A stretch of DNA of 64,000 nt. Origin: an uncultured Bacillota bacterium (GTDB taxonomy: Bacteria > Bacillota_I > Bacilli_A > RFN20 > CAG-288). Shown here piece after piece: positions 42,797 through 53,151 of the stretch. Both the position numbers and the translations under genes were made by a program. The number at the start of each line of letters is the position of its first letter. Position 1 is the stretch's first letter. The DNA lies in NCBI GenBank assembly GCA_949282275.1, contig CASDOO010000035.1, positions 13,625 through 77,624 on the forward strand, written 5' to 3'. Below the pieces are notes generated by a model. It worked only from the letters and a program-made list of their open reading frames with translations, searched no databases and was not told the origin of the DNA.

Positions 42797-44199
42797 TTTT
42801 CCTCCTTCATCAACTGCACGAGGTTGTCGATGGCATGGGCATAGACCTGCATGTTGTCATAGAAGTCCGAAAGCGGGAAGAACTCGTCGTTTCCGTGCAT
42901 GCGGTAGTCGCGATTGAGGAACTGGGCACCGAAGGCGACCGAATTCCGGCTTTCGCGGGCATAGGTCCCGCCGCCGATGGCAAGGGGCTTGCTCTCTTCG
43001 TCGCCCGTTTCCTCGCGATAGGCCTTGACGAGGGCCTGGACGAAAGGAGAGTTCTTGTCGATGACGAAGCCGTCCGATCCCCCAAGCAGGGTCACCTGGG
43101 CGCCCGTGTTGAGGGCAACGTTCTGGATGACGTCCTCCTTGTCGATGGTGGCGGGGAAGCGGAGGTTGACGTAGAGCTTCAGCGTCTTTCCGTCGTAGGT
43201 CACCTTTCCGACATTGTAGGACGTGCAATCGAAGTCGGCATCCTTGAAATCCCCGCGGAAACTCTCTCCCTTTCCGGAAAGGTACTGGTTGAAGATTTCC
43301 CTGGCCTTGTTCTCGTCATAGAGATAGCCAAGGAAGCAGAGGAGATAGAGGGCGGCATTCTTTCCGTTCCAGGGCGTCGAGCCATGGCAGGGGACGCCGA
43401 TGACGGAGACCTTGTCGCCGTCGAGATGGATCTGGAGGCCGTTGTGCTTGTCGGCAAAGCGCTTGGCAAGGGTTTTTGCCTCTTCCAGACGGGAGCGGAG
43501 GACGCAAGAGGCCTTGTCGATGACGATGTTGAGGGCGTTTCCCCATGTGAAGGGCTCGACGTCCAGGTCGAGATCGTAGCTGGCCTCATAGGCATAGATG
43601 GACTTCTCGCCGTAGATGACGGGATATTCCGCATCCGGGGAGATGCCATAGGTCGGATAGCCCTTCTTCAGGACATGGAAGTAGTGCTCGAGACAGGCCG
43701 AGCCTCTCTCCTCGTCGCCGCCGAAGAGGAAGCGTGTCTTGACGCCTTCCATTTTCTTGGCATCCATCAGCGCCTTGACGGCAAAAAGGCAGGCAAGGCC
43801 AGGTCCCTTGTCGTCGGAGGTTCCGCGGCCATAGAGGACGTTTCCTTCCTTCGTAAGCGTGAAGGGGTCGTGGTTCCAATCGGCCGGACTGACGGGGACG
43901 ACGTCGCAATGGGCATAGATGTCCAATGTCTTCTCGCCTTCGCCATAGGTCAGTTCCGTGACGTATCCATCGCAGCGGTCCACCTGGAATCCGAGCCTTT
44001 TTCCCAGCTTCGCGACATAATCCAGGGCCTTTTCCACGCCTGCGCCGAAAGGCGTCTTTTCCGTGACGGTCTTCGGATCGTTGACCGAATCGATGGCGAC
44101 AAGCTCCTCAAGGGCCTTGAATGCCTCTTTTCGATAGGGGTCGACCAAGGCCTTGTATTGGGTATCCTTCATTTCGATGGGCTTTGCGTTTTCTTCCAT
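42793..44199 (-). CDS. pepV: M20-family dipeptidase (PepV/Sapep-like)
   Basis: 'IYAHCDVVP', 'GRGTSDDKGP', 'GGDEERGS'. 468 aa. Confidence 0.88.
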   Translation of the reverse strand: MEENAKPIEMKDTQYKALVDPYRKEAFKALEELVAIDSVNDPKTVTEKTPFGAGVEKALDYVAKLGKRLGFQVDRCDGYVTELTYGEGEKTLDIYAHCDVVPVSPADWNHDPFTLTKEGNVLYGRGTSDDKGPGLACLFAVKALMDAKKMEGVKTRFLFGGDEERGSACLEHYFHVLKKGYPTYGISPDAEYPVIYGEKSIYAYEASYDLDLDVEPFTWGNALNIVIDKASCVLRSRLEEAKTLAKRFADKHNGLQIHLDGDKVSVIGVPCHGSTPWNGKNAALYLLCFLGYLYDENKAREIFNQYLSGKGESFRGDFKDADFDCTSYNVGKVTYDGKTLKLYVNLRFPATIDKEDVIQNVALNTGAQVTLLGGSDGFVIDKNSPFVQALVKAYREETGDEESKPLAIGGGTYARESRNSVAFGAQFLNRDYRMHGNDEFFPLSDFYDNMQVYAHAIDNLVQLMKEEK

Positions 44200-44295
44200 G
44201 CTTGTTTCCTCCTATGGAATGGGCTATCCGTCGTTCGACTGAATATTCTATAGAAACTGCCTCGACTTCGCCACAGGGACGAACGGAAAACGGTT

Positions 44296-45030
44296 TTATC
44301 CGACTTGGAATGCCTTTTTCAGTCCTGTTAGCGAGAGTTCGCGGATGTAGTCTCCTCTTTTGGAGAGGGCCTTTTCGACATAGGGGAAGTTCCCGCCCGT
44401 GAAGAGAATCCGGGCGCCTTCGAGTCCTTTCCGTTTCGCAAGTTCGGCAAGATAGCCTTCGATCAGGAAGGCCGTGCCATGGATGGCCCCCGAGGCGATG
44501 CACTCCTTCGTCTTCAGGGAGAGAAGGGGCGTGTCCTCGCCTTTCAGGAGGAAGTCCGGAAGCAGGTCCGTTTCCTGGAAGAGGATCTTCGGGAAGGCGG
44601 GAATCCCTGGGAGGATGCTTCCGCCTAGGAATAGGCCTTCCTTGTCCACTGCCAGTATCTTCGTCGCTGTCCCGAAGTCCGCGACGATGCTGTTCTTCCC
44701 GGCTGCCAAAATATCGCAGAAGAGATCCTGTCCGAGGATGTCCAGATTTCCGATGGCGAGGCCTTCCCTGTTTGCGGAAAGACGCATCTGCTCCTTGTCG
44801 AGACGGACGACGGAAAAGCCTCGGAAAAGGAGGACTTCCTCAAGCGCGGAAAGGTTTTTCGAGGAGACGGAAGAAACGTAGGCCGTCGACTTTCCTTCCA
44901 ATCCTTTGAGGAAAGCGGCCATCCTGTCCTTTTCGCAAGGAAAGAAATGATCCACGCGATGTCCGTCGGCACATTTCAGAAGGAGGTCTATTGCCGTGTT
45001 TCCGACGTCGCAGAAAAGAATGCTGTCCAT
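44296..45030 (-). CDS. coaX: Type III pantothenate kinase
   Basis: 'ILFCDVGNTAIDL', 'DFGTATK', 'TGGNF'. 244 aa. Confidence 0.88.
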   Translation of the reverse strand: MDSILFCDVGNTAIDLLLKCADGHRVDHFFPCEKDRMAAFLKGLEGKSTAYVSSVSSKNLSALEEVLLFRGFSVVRLDKEQMRLSANREGLAIGNLDILGQDLFCDILAAGKNSIVADFGTATKILAVDKEGLFLGGSILPGIPAFPKILFQETDLLPDFLLKGEDTPLLSLKTKECIASGAIHGTAFLIEGYLAELAKRKGLEGARILFTGGNFPYVEKALSKRGDYIRELSLTGLKKAFQVG

Positions 45031-47069
45031 GTCTCTATGATAGTTGAAAAGGCATCGAAATCATAGGCAATCGTCCCTTCCAGGTCCGTCCGTCGGAAAG
45101 GGATGCCGAGTTTCCGGAGGGTGGCGATTGTCTCCGGGGAAGGGTGGCCATAGGAATTGTTCTCGCCGACGGAGAGGATGGCGATGTCCGGATCGACGGC
45201 GGAAAGGAAGGCCTCGGAGGAGCTCGTGTCGGAACCGTGGTGACCAAGGCGGAGGATGTCGGCATGGAGATCGGGATTGTCCCTAAGGATTTTCACCTCG
45301 ACGTCCTTCGGGGCATCGCCCATGACGAGGATGTCGTTTCCCTTTAGCGAGAAATGATAGACGCCGGATTGCTCATTGGCATCGCTTCCTGTCCCATGGA
45401 CATTGAGATTGGTCACTTCGATGCCGGCAATCGTGATGGATTGGTCGGGCATTTTAAGGAAGTCCTCGGCGTCATATACCCTTTCGATCGGGAATAGGCT
45501 TTTCAGGGAATCCAGGGCGCCATAGTGATCCCAGTCGTAATGGGTGATCAAGACGGCATCCAGCTTCCGGATCTTCTTGGATCGGAGGAAGGGAACAAGG
45601 CATTCCCGTGCCAGGTCATCATGGATGCTTCCGCCCGTGTCGATGAGGAAATTGCCTTGCCCGTTGCGGACAAGGGTACAGTCTCCCTGGTCCACGTCCA
45701 CGAAATAGATCTCGTGATGCGGAAGGAAATCGGGAAGGAAGGCGGTCGAGTGGAAGAGGACAGAGGCCAGGAGCGTTCTTTTGAAAAGCCTTCGCATGTT
45801 ATAGGTCCTCAAAAGGAGGGCAAGGACAAGGAGGGCGTAAAAGACGACAAGGAAGAGGACGGAAAGCTTTCCGGAAACGAGGAACGGACTCCAGGAATGG
45901 CAGAAGGAGGCCATCCTTAGGAGGAAGGAGACAAGCACCTTGGCAAGGACTCCTATTGGCGGAACAAGAAGCAGGAAGAGCGAAGCGAGGAAAATCAAAT
46001 GGCAAAGCGGAATCGCGGCGACCTGCAGAAGAGGGCCGACAAGGGAAAGGGCATAGGTATCCGACAACCTCAGCGGCACGAAAAAGAGCGTCATGACGAC
46101 GAAGAACGGAAGAAAGGACCGTTTGCCGTTATGCTTCTCCGGGAATAGACGAAGAAGGAAAAGGAACGGAAAGGAATAGTAGAAGGAGGCCGACAGGATG
46201 CAATAGGGCTCCAGGACGAGCATGAGGATTGCCGCAAGGGAGAGGACGTCCAGGCTTTCCAGCCTCTTGGGAAGTCTTCTGTTCACGACAAAGAGAAGCC
46301 GGGAAAGGAATATGCGCCGGACGGCGAAACGGAACGAGGAGAGGAAAAGGAAGGGGACAAGGACGACAAGATCGATGACATCGGCGATTTTCCTGTTCTT
46401 CCTTCCAAGAAGGCGATGGACCGTTTCCAGGAGAAAGGAGAGATGGAATCCGCCAAGCGCCATCGAGGAGACAAGGCCGAGCTCCGTTAGGGCGGCATAG
46501 TCTTTCAGGTCGTAGAGGGAAGCGCCAAAGAGCAGGGACGAGGCAATCGTTTCGGAATCCGGGTCCAGATAGGCGAAGGCATAACTTTTGACGACGCCCA
46601 TGTCCAACGGCGAGCGGAAGAGGAATTCCGTTTCCTTTTCCTGAAGGATCCGGAAGACGCCCTTCGAACGGAGATAGGAGGCAAAGTCGAACTGCTGCTC
46701 GAAATGCGAGAAACCGAAAGGCTCTGTCGTTCCCTGAATCGAGACGAGCGAAAAGAGCGTGTATTCGCCATTCCTGTCATAGAGAAGATAGCGTCCGGAA
46801 AGGCCTTGGACGAGGCAATAGCCTTCCTTCCGCTCCACGACAAGGAAAAGGGAATCGATGTCGCCTTCCTGTCCTCTCGGGAGGAAAAAGGCAAGAAGGA
46901 AACCGAGCAAGAGAAACGAAAGACCGATAGCGATATCCTTTTTCCGATGGCGGAGAAAGAGGAAAAGCAAAGGCAGGAGGGAAACAAGGAGGATCAGGGG
47001 ATTGTAGAAGCCGGCAAGAAGCCCGAGGACCAGGAAGAGAAAGGCGAAGAACAGGGTCAGCTTAGGCAA
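44988..47069 (-). CDS. comEC: DNA internalization competence protein ComEC/Rec2
   Basis: Polytopic membrane N-terminal two-thirds plus a C-terminal metallo-beta-lactamase domain ('FVDVDQGDC', 'ITHYDWDHYG', 'LGHHGS'). Confidence 0.92.
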   Translation of the reverse strand: MPKLTLFFAFLFLVLGLLAGFYNPLILLVSLLPLLFLFLRHRKKDIAIGLSFLLLGFLLAFFLPRGQEGDIDSLFLVVERKEGYCLVQGLSGRYLLYDRNGEYTLFSLVSIQGTTEPFGFSHFEQQFDFASYLRSKGVFRILQEKETEFLFRSPLDMGVVKSYAFAYLDPDSETIASSLLFGASLYDLKDYAALTELGLVSSMALGGFHLSFLLETVHRLLGRKNRKIADVIDLVVLVPFLFLSSFRFAVRRIFLSRLLFVVNRRLPKRLESLDVLSLAAILMLVLEPYCILSASFYYSFPFLFLLRLFPEKHNGKRSFLPFFVVMTLFFVPLRLSDTYALSLVGPLLQVAAIPLCHLIFLASLFLLLVPPIGVLAKVLVSFLLRMASFCHSWSPFLVSGKLSVLFLVVFYALLVLALLLRTYNMRRLFKRTLLASVLFHSTAFLPDFLPHHEIYFVDVDQGDCTLVRNGQGNFLIDTGGSIHDDLARECLVPFLRSKKIRKLDAVLITHYDWDHYGALDSLKSLFPIERVYDAEDFLKMPDQSITIAGIEVTNLNVHGTGSDANEQSGVYHFSLKGNDILVMGDAPKDVEVKILRDNPDLHADILRLGHHGSDTSSSEAFLSAVDPDIAILSVGENNSYGHPSPETIATLRKLGIPFRRTDLEGTIAYDFDAFSTIIETWTAFFSATSETRQ

Positions 47070-47602
47070 ATCTTGTTCTTGACCTTGTTGAAGGTCGCTT
47101 CGCCGATCCCCTTGACGTTCAGGATGTCCTCGATGGCCTGGAAGAGTCCGTTCTCCTCGCGATAGGTCACCAGATTCGGGGCTTGGGAGGAATTGAATCC
47201 GACTTCCTTGAGCTCATCTTCCTTGGCAACGTTGATGTTGACCTTCTCGATGGCTTCCTCGACGCACATGGCCGGAAGTTCGGTCACTGGCGGGATGTAG
47301 AAGGAAACGTATGTCCCGATGTAGAGAGAGGGATTGTAGGCCTTGGAGTCGGCCTTGGACGTGACGCCTCCTGCCATGGAAATCAGGGTCCCGAGGGTTT
47401 CTTCCGGGGAGATAGCATACTCTCCGGGATGATTCACCTCGCCCGAAATGTCGACCTTGACTTCCTTGCCGTCGAGGATTTCGCTGGTCGGCTGGCCGTT
47501 GACGGCGGAATTTCCGGCAGGAGAGGTGGCGCTTTGGACGACGGAGAAGGCGATGATGGTGATGACGGTAACGACGAGTCCGACAAGAATGGTCTTCAGC
47601 AT
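47057..47602 (-). CDS. comEA: Competence protein ComEA (DNA receptor)
   Basis: N-terminal TM anchor, SLBB-like middle ('VDISGEVNHPGEY') and C-terminal helix-hairpin-helix 'LNVKGIGEATFNKV'. Confidence 0.9.
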   Translation of the reverse strand: MLKTILVGLVVTVITIIAFSVVQSATSPAGNSAVNGQPTSEILDGKEVKVDISGEVNHPGEYAISPEETLGTLISMAGGVTSKADSKAYNPSLYIGTYVSFYIPPVTELPAMCVEEAIEKVNINVAKEDELKEVGFNSSQAPNLVTYREENGLFQAIEDILNVKGIGEATFNKVKNKICLS

Positions 47603-47666
47603 ATATAAAAACCTCCTTCACCCCTTATTGGGAGCGAAGGAGGAAAAAACAAAGTCAAAAGCGGAT

Positions 47667-48158
47667 TTAGTTCTCTTCGATTCTCTCGATGAGGAGGGAA
47701 TAGGGGGTCTTGACCTGGACCTCGACGGTGTCTCCGGCGCGATGGCCAAGGACGGCGATTGCCACGGGGCAGGTGTTTGAGATCTTACCGTTGAGCGGAT
47801 CGGCCTCGGCGGAACCGACGATGGTAAATGTCTCGGACGTTCCCTTCTCGATGTTCTTGACGGTGATCTTTCCGCCGCCAAGACGGCAGGTGTGGAGATC
47901 GCTGGAGCGAACGGAACCTTCATCGAGGATGATGCTGTGGTCAAGGGTGAACTGGAGCCGGTTGATTTCCGTCTCGAGCTCCTGGACCCTTTCCCTGGCA
48001 GCATCGTAGTCGGCGTTTTCGCTCAAGTCGCCCTGGGAACGGGCGAGATTGAGATCGGCAAGGGCACGGGGCTTTTCGACATCGATGAGGTGCTGGAGCT
48101 TCTTCTCGATGTTTGCCTTGCCTTCTCTGGTCAAAACTTCCTTATCGTTATCTGCCAT
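47667..48158 (-). CDS. greA: Transcription elongation factor GreA
   Basis: 'LTREGKANIEKKLQHL...RSQGDLSENADYDAARE'. ATG 48158 follows gaggt with a 7-nt spacer. Confidence 0.95.
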   Translation of the reverse strand: MADNDKEVLTREGKANIEKKLQHLIDVEKPRALADLNLARSQGDLSENADYDAARERVQELETEINRLQFTLDHSIILDEGSVRSSDLHTCRLGGGKITVKNIEKGTSETFTIVGSAEADPLNGKISNTCPVAIAVLGHRAGDTVEVQVKTPYSLLIERIEEN

Positions 48159-48280
48159 TTTTGTTACCTCACTGAACACAAGGATTATATCATAAACGCC
48201 GGGCTTTGACTTGGCCAGCGCAAAATATATAATAATTTCACTTTCCCCTTCAAAAAGGGGTCAAGCAAGTGGAGTCAAAC

Positions 48281-49915
48281 ATGATCATCAAAGACTATTT
48301 TCCCAAGGGGACCAAAGTCTCCTCTCTTGTCGACGCACGGAAGTCCGGCTTTGTCTGTTGCAAGGTCGATGGCCATCTGCAGGACCTCAACTATGTTCTT
48401 CCTCGCGATGGCGAAAGGGAAATCGAATTCCTGGACCTGAGCAATAGCGACGCCTCGCGGATTTATGAATCCTCGCTGAGGATGCTTGTCGCCATGGCCA
48501 TCAAGAAGATCGATAGCCGTCTGGATGTCCGTTTCTTCTATAACATTTCCCGATCCATTTTCTGCCGCATCATCGGAAAGAGAAATTTCCGGGTGACATC
48601 CCGACTTGTCGGAAAGATATCCGAGAAGATGAGGGAACTCGTCCAGGAAGACCTCCCGATTGTCCGCAAATGCCTTGACAAGGAGGAGGCCCTTGGGATC
48701 TATCGCCAGGAAGGACTCCATGACAAGCTGGACGTGCTTCGCTACCGGAGCGAGAACTTCGCCCATCTCTATGAAGTCCAGTCGGGCGATTTCCTTTATC
48801 GCGACTATCTCTATTCGCCCCTTGTCCCCTCGACGGGCTATCTCGATCGTTTCGCCCTCCGTTTCTACGAGCCCGGATTCATGCTCCAGTTCCCGCGTGC
48901 GGAATGCCACGGCGAGATACCGCCCTTTAGCGACGAGCTGAAGTTCGCGACGACCCTTGCCGGTTCTTCCCAGTGGGCGGAAATGAACGGCGTGGACACG
49001 GTCAGCAACATCAACCGTTTCATCAAGAAGCACGGCGCTCTGTCCTTGATCAATGTCGCCGAATCGCGTTTCTCGGGCATGCTGACTGACCTCGGCCGGG
49101 CCATCGAGAACAATGGCCATCCCGTCCGCCTCATCTGTATCGCCGGTCCTTCGAGTTCCGGAAAGACGTCCTTTGCCAACAAGCTTGCCTTCGAGCTGAT
49201 GTCCTTGGGCCTGAGGCCGATCCGCATCTCGATCGACGATTTCTATATCCCGAGGGACAAGCTTCCCGAGGGTGCCGACCTGGAATCCATCGAGACCATC
49301 GACATTCCGCTCTTCTCCAGTGTCATCAACAATCTGATCGAAGGCGAGAAGGTGAAGCTTCCGACCTATTCGTTCAAGGACGGGATGCGCAAGATCGGAA
49401 AGGAGATTGCCATCCTCCCCAACATGCCGATTATCATCGAAGGCATCCATGCCCTCAACGACAGGCTCACATCCAGCATTCCCGAACACCAGAAGTACAA
49501 GATCTACATTGCGCCCCAGCCCCAGGTCAACATCGACAACCATACGCCCATAAGCATGACCGATCTCCGTCTCATCCGTCGCATCAGCCGCGATGCCAGG
49601 ACCCGCGGCTCGGATGCCAAGGAGACGATTTCCATGTGGCCCAACGTTCGTCGCGGCGAATTCAACTATATCTATCCCACGGAGGAGAATGCCGACTTTG
49701 TCTTCGACACCTTCCTTCCCTACGAGACCTCGGCGATGCGGAACATCGTCCTTCCGCTCCTGGACAAGATCACGCCCGAGGACAAGGAATACTCCACCGC
49801 CAAAAGGCTCAAGAGCATCGTCAAGTATTTCCTCCCCATTCCGCTTGACGACATCCCCTGCAATTCCCTCATCCGGGAATTCATCGGCGGCTCCTCGTTC
49901 AAGGACGCGCGCTGA
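48281..49915 (+). CDS. Uridine-kinase/PRK-family P-loop kinase with a long N-terminal (TGS/ThrRS-like) extension
   Basis: P-loop 'IAGPSSSGKTSFANKL', 'ISIDDFY', 'IIIEGIHALN'. ATG 48281 follows ggag. The track ORF starts at GTG 48269. Confidence 0.8.
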   Translation: MIIKDYFPKGTKVSSLVDARKSGFVCCKVDGHLQDLNYVLPRDGEREIEFLDLSNSDASRIYESSLRMLVAMAIKKIDSRLDVRFFYNISRSIFCRIIGKRNFRVTSRLVGKISEKMRELVQEDLPIVRKCLDKEEALGIYRQEGLHDKLDVLRYRSENFAHLYEVQSGDFLYRDYLYSPLVPSTGYLDRFALRFYEPGFMLQFPRAECHGEIPPFSDELKFATTLAGSSQWAEMNGVDTVSNINRFIKKHGALSLINVAESRFSGMLTDLGRAIENNGHPVRLICIAGPSSSGKTSFANKLAFELMSLGLRPIRISIDDFYIPRDKLPEGADLESIETIDIPLFSSVINNLIEGEKVKLPTYSFKDGMRKIGKEIAILPNMPIIIEGIHALNDRLTSSIPEHQKYKIYIAPQPQVNIDNHTPISMTDLRLIRRISRDARTRGSDAKETISMWPNVRRGEFNYIYPTEENADFVFDTFLPYETSAMRNIVLPLLDKITPEDKEYSTAKRLKSIVKYFLPIPLDDIPCNSLIREFIGGSSFKDAR

Positions 49916-49930
49916 GGGAAGAAGACAGCA

Positions 49931-49966
49931 AAAAAGGCCATCCCGCTGAGACGAGATGGCCTTTTT
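49931..49966. terminator. Bidirectional rho-independent terminator
   Basis: aaaaaggccatc-(12 nt)-gatggccttttt. Confidence 0.8.
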
Positions 49967-50028
49967 ACTCTTCAGTTCAACTATACCGCAAGGGTACGAT
50001 GAGCTATAAGAGCCTTCACTTGGTCGGA

Positions 50029-50229
50029 TTAGTCGACGAAGTGGATGTTGTTGGCTCTAAGACCCTTTTCGGTCGTCGTCGGGTCATACTCGACGTGCTG
50101 GCCGACTTCGGCGGTCTTGAATCCATCCATCATGAGCTGAGAATAGTGGAAGAAATAATCCTTGCCATCCTCGCCAGTGATGAATCCGTAGCCCTTCTCT
50201 TTGTCGAACTTCTTGACAGTACCCTTCAT
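50029..50229 (-). CDS. cspA: Cold-shock protein (CspA family)
   Basis: 'KGTVKKFDKEKGYGFI' RNP1 and 'DYFFHYS' RNP2. 66 aa. Confidence 0.95.
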   Translation of the reverse strand: MKGTVKKFDKEKGYGFITGEDGKDYFFHYSQLMMDGFKTAEVGQHVEYDPTTTEKGLRANNIHFVD

Positions 50230-50325
50230 TGTCTAAACCCTTTCTTTGCATCGAGAATTCCGATGCGTCCATAAATATATCACAAAGGCATTTTGCAAGT
50301 ATAGAAAAATCGATGTAAGCGGTTA

Positions 50326-53151
50326 TCATTTCAGGAACGCGGCCTTCGGAGAAAGCTTCTTGATCGACAGGTAGAGGACCAGGGAGAGGATCAGGCAGGT
50401 CAAAGACATGGTCAGCATGCTGATGAGATAGGGCAGAAAATCCATGCCATAGGAAGTCAGCATTCCCGTCAGCGTCCTTCGTATCGTCCTTTCCGCAAGG
50501 AGGGACAGGACAAGCGAGCCCAGGAAGGAGAGAAAGCCGACCAGGAAGATCATCGCCGCATAGTAGAGGCCGATTTCCTTCTTGGCGTATCCAAGGGAAA
50601 GGAGTATCCCGATCGTTTTCCTGTCCTTGCTGACGATGAGGTAGAGGGAAAGGAAAAGAAGGAACGATGCCGTCAGGAGGGAAAAGAGGGCAAAGCCGAG
50701 GAAGAGGAAGGAAAGGCCATCCAGAAGAGAGGCGATTTCCTCTGTCATCGACAGCATGGGAAAGGAAGCCCTGTAGTTTCCCTTCGCCTCGATTCTGTCG
50801 AGGAAGGATTCGGCATCCGTCGTTTCGAGGTCCACGTCGAGGATGGCTTGGGTGATGCGCAGTTCGTCTGGTCCGAGGGAAGTGTGGGCAAAGGCGTAGC
50901 ACAGGGGGAAGAGGGATTCATGATAGATGGCCTTTTCCTCGTCCTCGTAGATGCCGCAGATGGTCAGGACGCCCTCCGAGAAGACGTTTCGATAGCCGCT
51001 TCCGTCGGCAACGGTCCTATCCAGTGTCAAGCAGTGAAGACTTTCCCCGATTGCCCTGGAGATATCCCCGAAGAGGGATCGTGCCATGGCGGAAGAGAGG
51101 GCGATTTCGCGGATGCTTGCGGGCCTTCTTCCATGAGTGGGTCTCCTCTCCAGATGGTCCAGGGAACGAAAACGCAGGCCGTCCTCGTCCATTGCGGAAA
51201 GGAGGTCGGCCTTGATGACGCCTTCCTCCACTTCGATGAGCGATCCCTGGAAGGCGCCGAGATTCTCCTCCATGCGATAGGCCTGGTCCATGATGGCGTT
51301 GAGCTTCTCCTTGTCACGACTGAAGAAGAAAGGCTTCTGGAATCCCGAGATGAATCCGGAGGCGGTATAGGTGTAGACGGGAGAGGAGTAGCTGATGCCC
51401 TTGACGTGCTTTCCGTTTTCGGCAAGGAAGGCTTCCATTTCGGCAATGGAGACGCGAGGAAGATAGTCCTTGTAGACTTGGACGTGATTGTGGGTCTCTT
51501 CCTCTTTCTCCTGGTAATAGCCGTTTTCCCGAAGCATGCCGATGGTATAGGAATCGAATGCCTTAGTCCTCAGGAAGGAACGCAGGAAGTCGCCTCCGCG
51601 TAGCGGAAAGAGCCTAAGGCCATAGGTTTTCGTCACCTGCCAAGGGAGCGTGGAAGTCTCGCCTTCCATCACTTCGACGAATTGCATCGTCTGTGAGACG
51701 AAGTGCTCGTTGAAGTCGGGATGTGGGGAAACGACAAAGACGCTTTCGGCAAAAAGGACATCGACCACCTCATAGGAATGATCCAGGTGATAGGACCATT
51801 CGCCCATGTCCGCCTGGATTTCCAAGGTCAGCCCTTGATACCAAACTTTTCGTCGGATTGCATCAAGCACCTCGGCCGTTATGCCATAGGTTGCCTCTTC
51901 CCGAAAGAGCATGAGATAAAGCGAGAGAAGATTTTCCTCGTCGAGACAGAGTATGATTTCCTCGTTTGTCATTTCCTTGGTGTCGATGGCGATTTCCTCT
52001 GCTTGTCCGCATTCCTGGACGAGCCGATGCGTCAGGAAGGAATCCAGGGAAAGGGCGCGGACCTCCAGGAAACGGCTCTGATAGGAAAGGCGGATGGACT
52101 GACTGTCCTGGAAGAGGGCATTGAGGGAGGAGAGGTAGAAAGGGGAAACGGCAAGGACATCTTCCGGAAAGGCTCGCTCTATCTGCTGGAGCTCGCGATA
52201 GCCGACGATTTCGTATCCGGTTGCCGTGGTCTCCTCTTCCGTGCATTCCACGACCATCGCTCCCTTGTCCATGAACCGGGAAAGGGATGCCGCCATTGCC
52301 TCTTTCACGCTCCCTGAAAGCAGGAAGGAAAAGGATATCGAGAAGAGGGAAACGATGAGGCTGGTCATGGCGAGTACCAGAAAGCCACGCCTTGTCTTGA
52401 GGGAAAGAAGAAGGCTCCGGAGGAAGGAAAGGCCTTTGAACTTCTTTCGCCCATAGCCTGGTGCCAATATCTTGCTTTTCCAAGACGCGCCCTTTTTCCT
52501 GAGATAGATCCTTCCATCGACAAGGCTGAGGACGAAGGCTTCCTTGGGAATCTCCTTCTCCTCGTGGGTGATGACGAGTACGAGCCTTCTTCTTGACTCT
52601 GCCATCAAGAGCTTCGAGATTCTTTCCCGCATCGTCCTGTCCAGGGATGCCATGGGCTCGTCCAGAAGCAGGATCGGGCAATCGCGGATCAGGGCCCTTG
52701 CCAGGGCAATCCTTTTTTGTTCTCCGCCGGAAAGGGTCTTGAAAGGGGTGTTCCGCCTAGCAAACAAGCCTAGGCGGGAAAGGACGGCGTCGATTCTTTC
52801 CTTCTTCTCTTCCGGATCCAAGGTAGTAATGTCCAGGGCCTTTAGGAGATTCTGGAATAAGGTCTCTTCCTCTTCGGCCTTGCCGTCCTGGAAGACGAAG
52901 GCGACATTTTCGAAGCGGTAGTCTTCCCTCTCTTTCTCCGTCAGGGACCTCAGTTCCACGCCATCCACCCGGACCGAGCCCTCGTAGTCGAAGTCCATGC
53001 CGCCGACAATGGACAGGAAGGTGCTTTTTCCCGCTCCGGACTTGCCGACGAGAAAATAGAGACCAGGTGCCTCCAGGTGAAGATCGATTCCCTGGAGGGT
53101 CGCCTTTTCGTTTCCGGGATAGGTTTTCGAGAGATTCCTTGTCTCGATCAT
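50326..53151 (-). CDS. Fused ABC ATPase / FtsX-family (MacB-like) permease, 941 aa
   Basis: N-terminal 'GKSGAGKSTFL', 'LSGGEQKRIALARAL', 'LLLDEP'. A TM helix is followed by an approximately 500-aa extracytoplasmic region and a C-terminal three-TM FtsX module. Confidence 0.88.
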   Translation of the reverse strand: MIETRNLSKTYPGNEKATLQGIDLHLEAPGLYFLVGKSGAGKSTFLSIVGGMDFDYEGSVRVDGVELRSLTEKEREDYRFENVAFVFQDGKAEEEETLFQNLLKALDITTLDPEEKKERIDAVLSRLGLFARRNTPFKTLSGGEQKRIALARALIRDCPILLLDEPMASLDRTMRERISKLLMAESRRRLVLVITHEEKEIPKEAFVLSLVDGRIYLRKKGASWKSKILAPGYGRKKFKGLSFLRSLLLSLKTRRGFLVLAMTSLIVSLFSISFSFLLSGSVKEAMAASLSRFMDKGAMVVECTEEETTATGYEIVGYRELQQIERAFPEDVLAVSPFYLSSLNALFQDSQSIRLSYQSRFLEVRALSLDSFLTHRLVQECGQAEEIAIDTKEMTNEEIILCLDEENLLSLYLMLFREEATYGITAEVLDAIRRKVWYQGLTLEIQADMGEWSYHLDHSYEVVDVLFAESVFVVSPHPDFNEHFVSQTMQFVEVMEGETSTLPWQVTKTYGLRLFPLRGGDFLRSFLRTKAFDSYTIGMLRENGYYQEKEEETHNHVQVYKDYLPRVSIAEMEAFLAENGKHVKGISYSSPVYTYTASGFISGFQKPFFFSRDKEKLNAIMDQAYRMEENLGAFQGSLIEVEEGVIKADLLSAMDEDGLRFRSLDHLERRPTHGRRPASIREIALSSAMARSLFGDISRAIGESLHCLTLDRTVADGSGYRNVFSEGVLTICGIYEDEEKAIYHESLFPLCYAFAHTSLGPDELRITQAILDVDLETTDAESFLDRIEAKGNYRASFPMLSMTEEIASLLDGLSFLFLGFALFSLLTASFLLFLSLYLIVSKDRKTIGILLSLGYAKKEIGLYYAAMIFLVGFLSFLGSLVLSLLAERTIRRTLTGMLTSYGMDFLPYLISMLTMSLTCLILSLVLYLSIKKLSPKAAFLK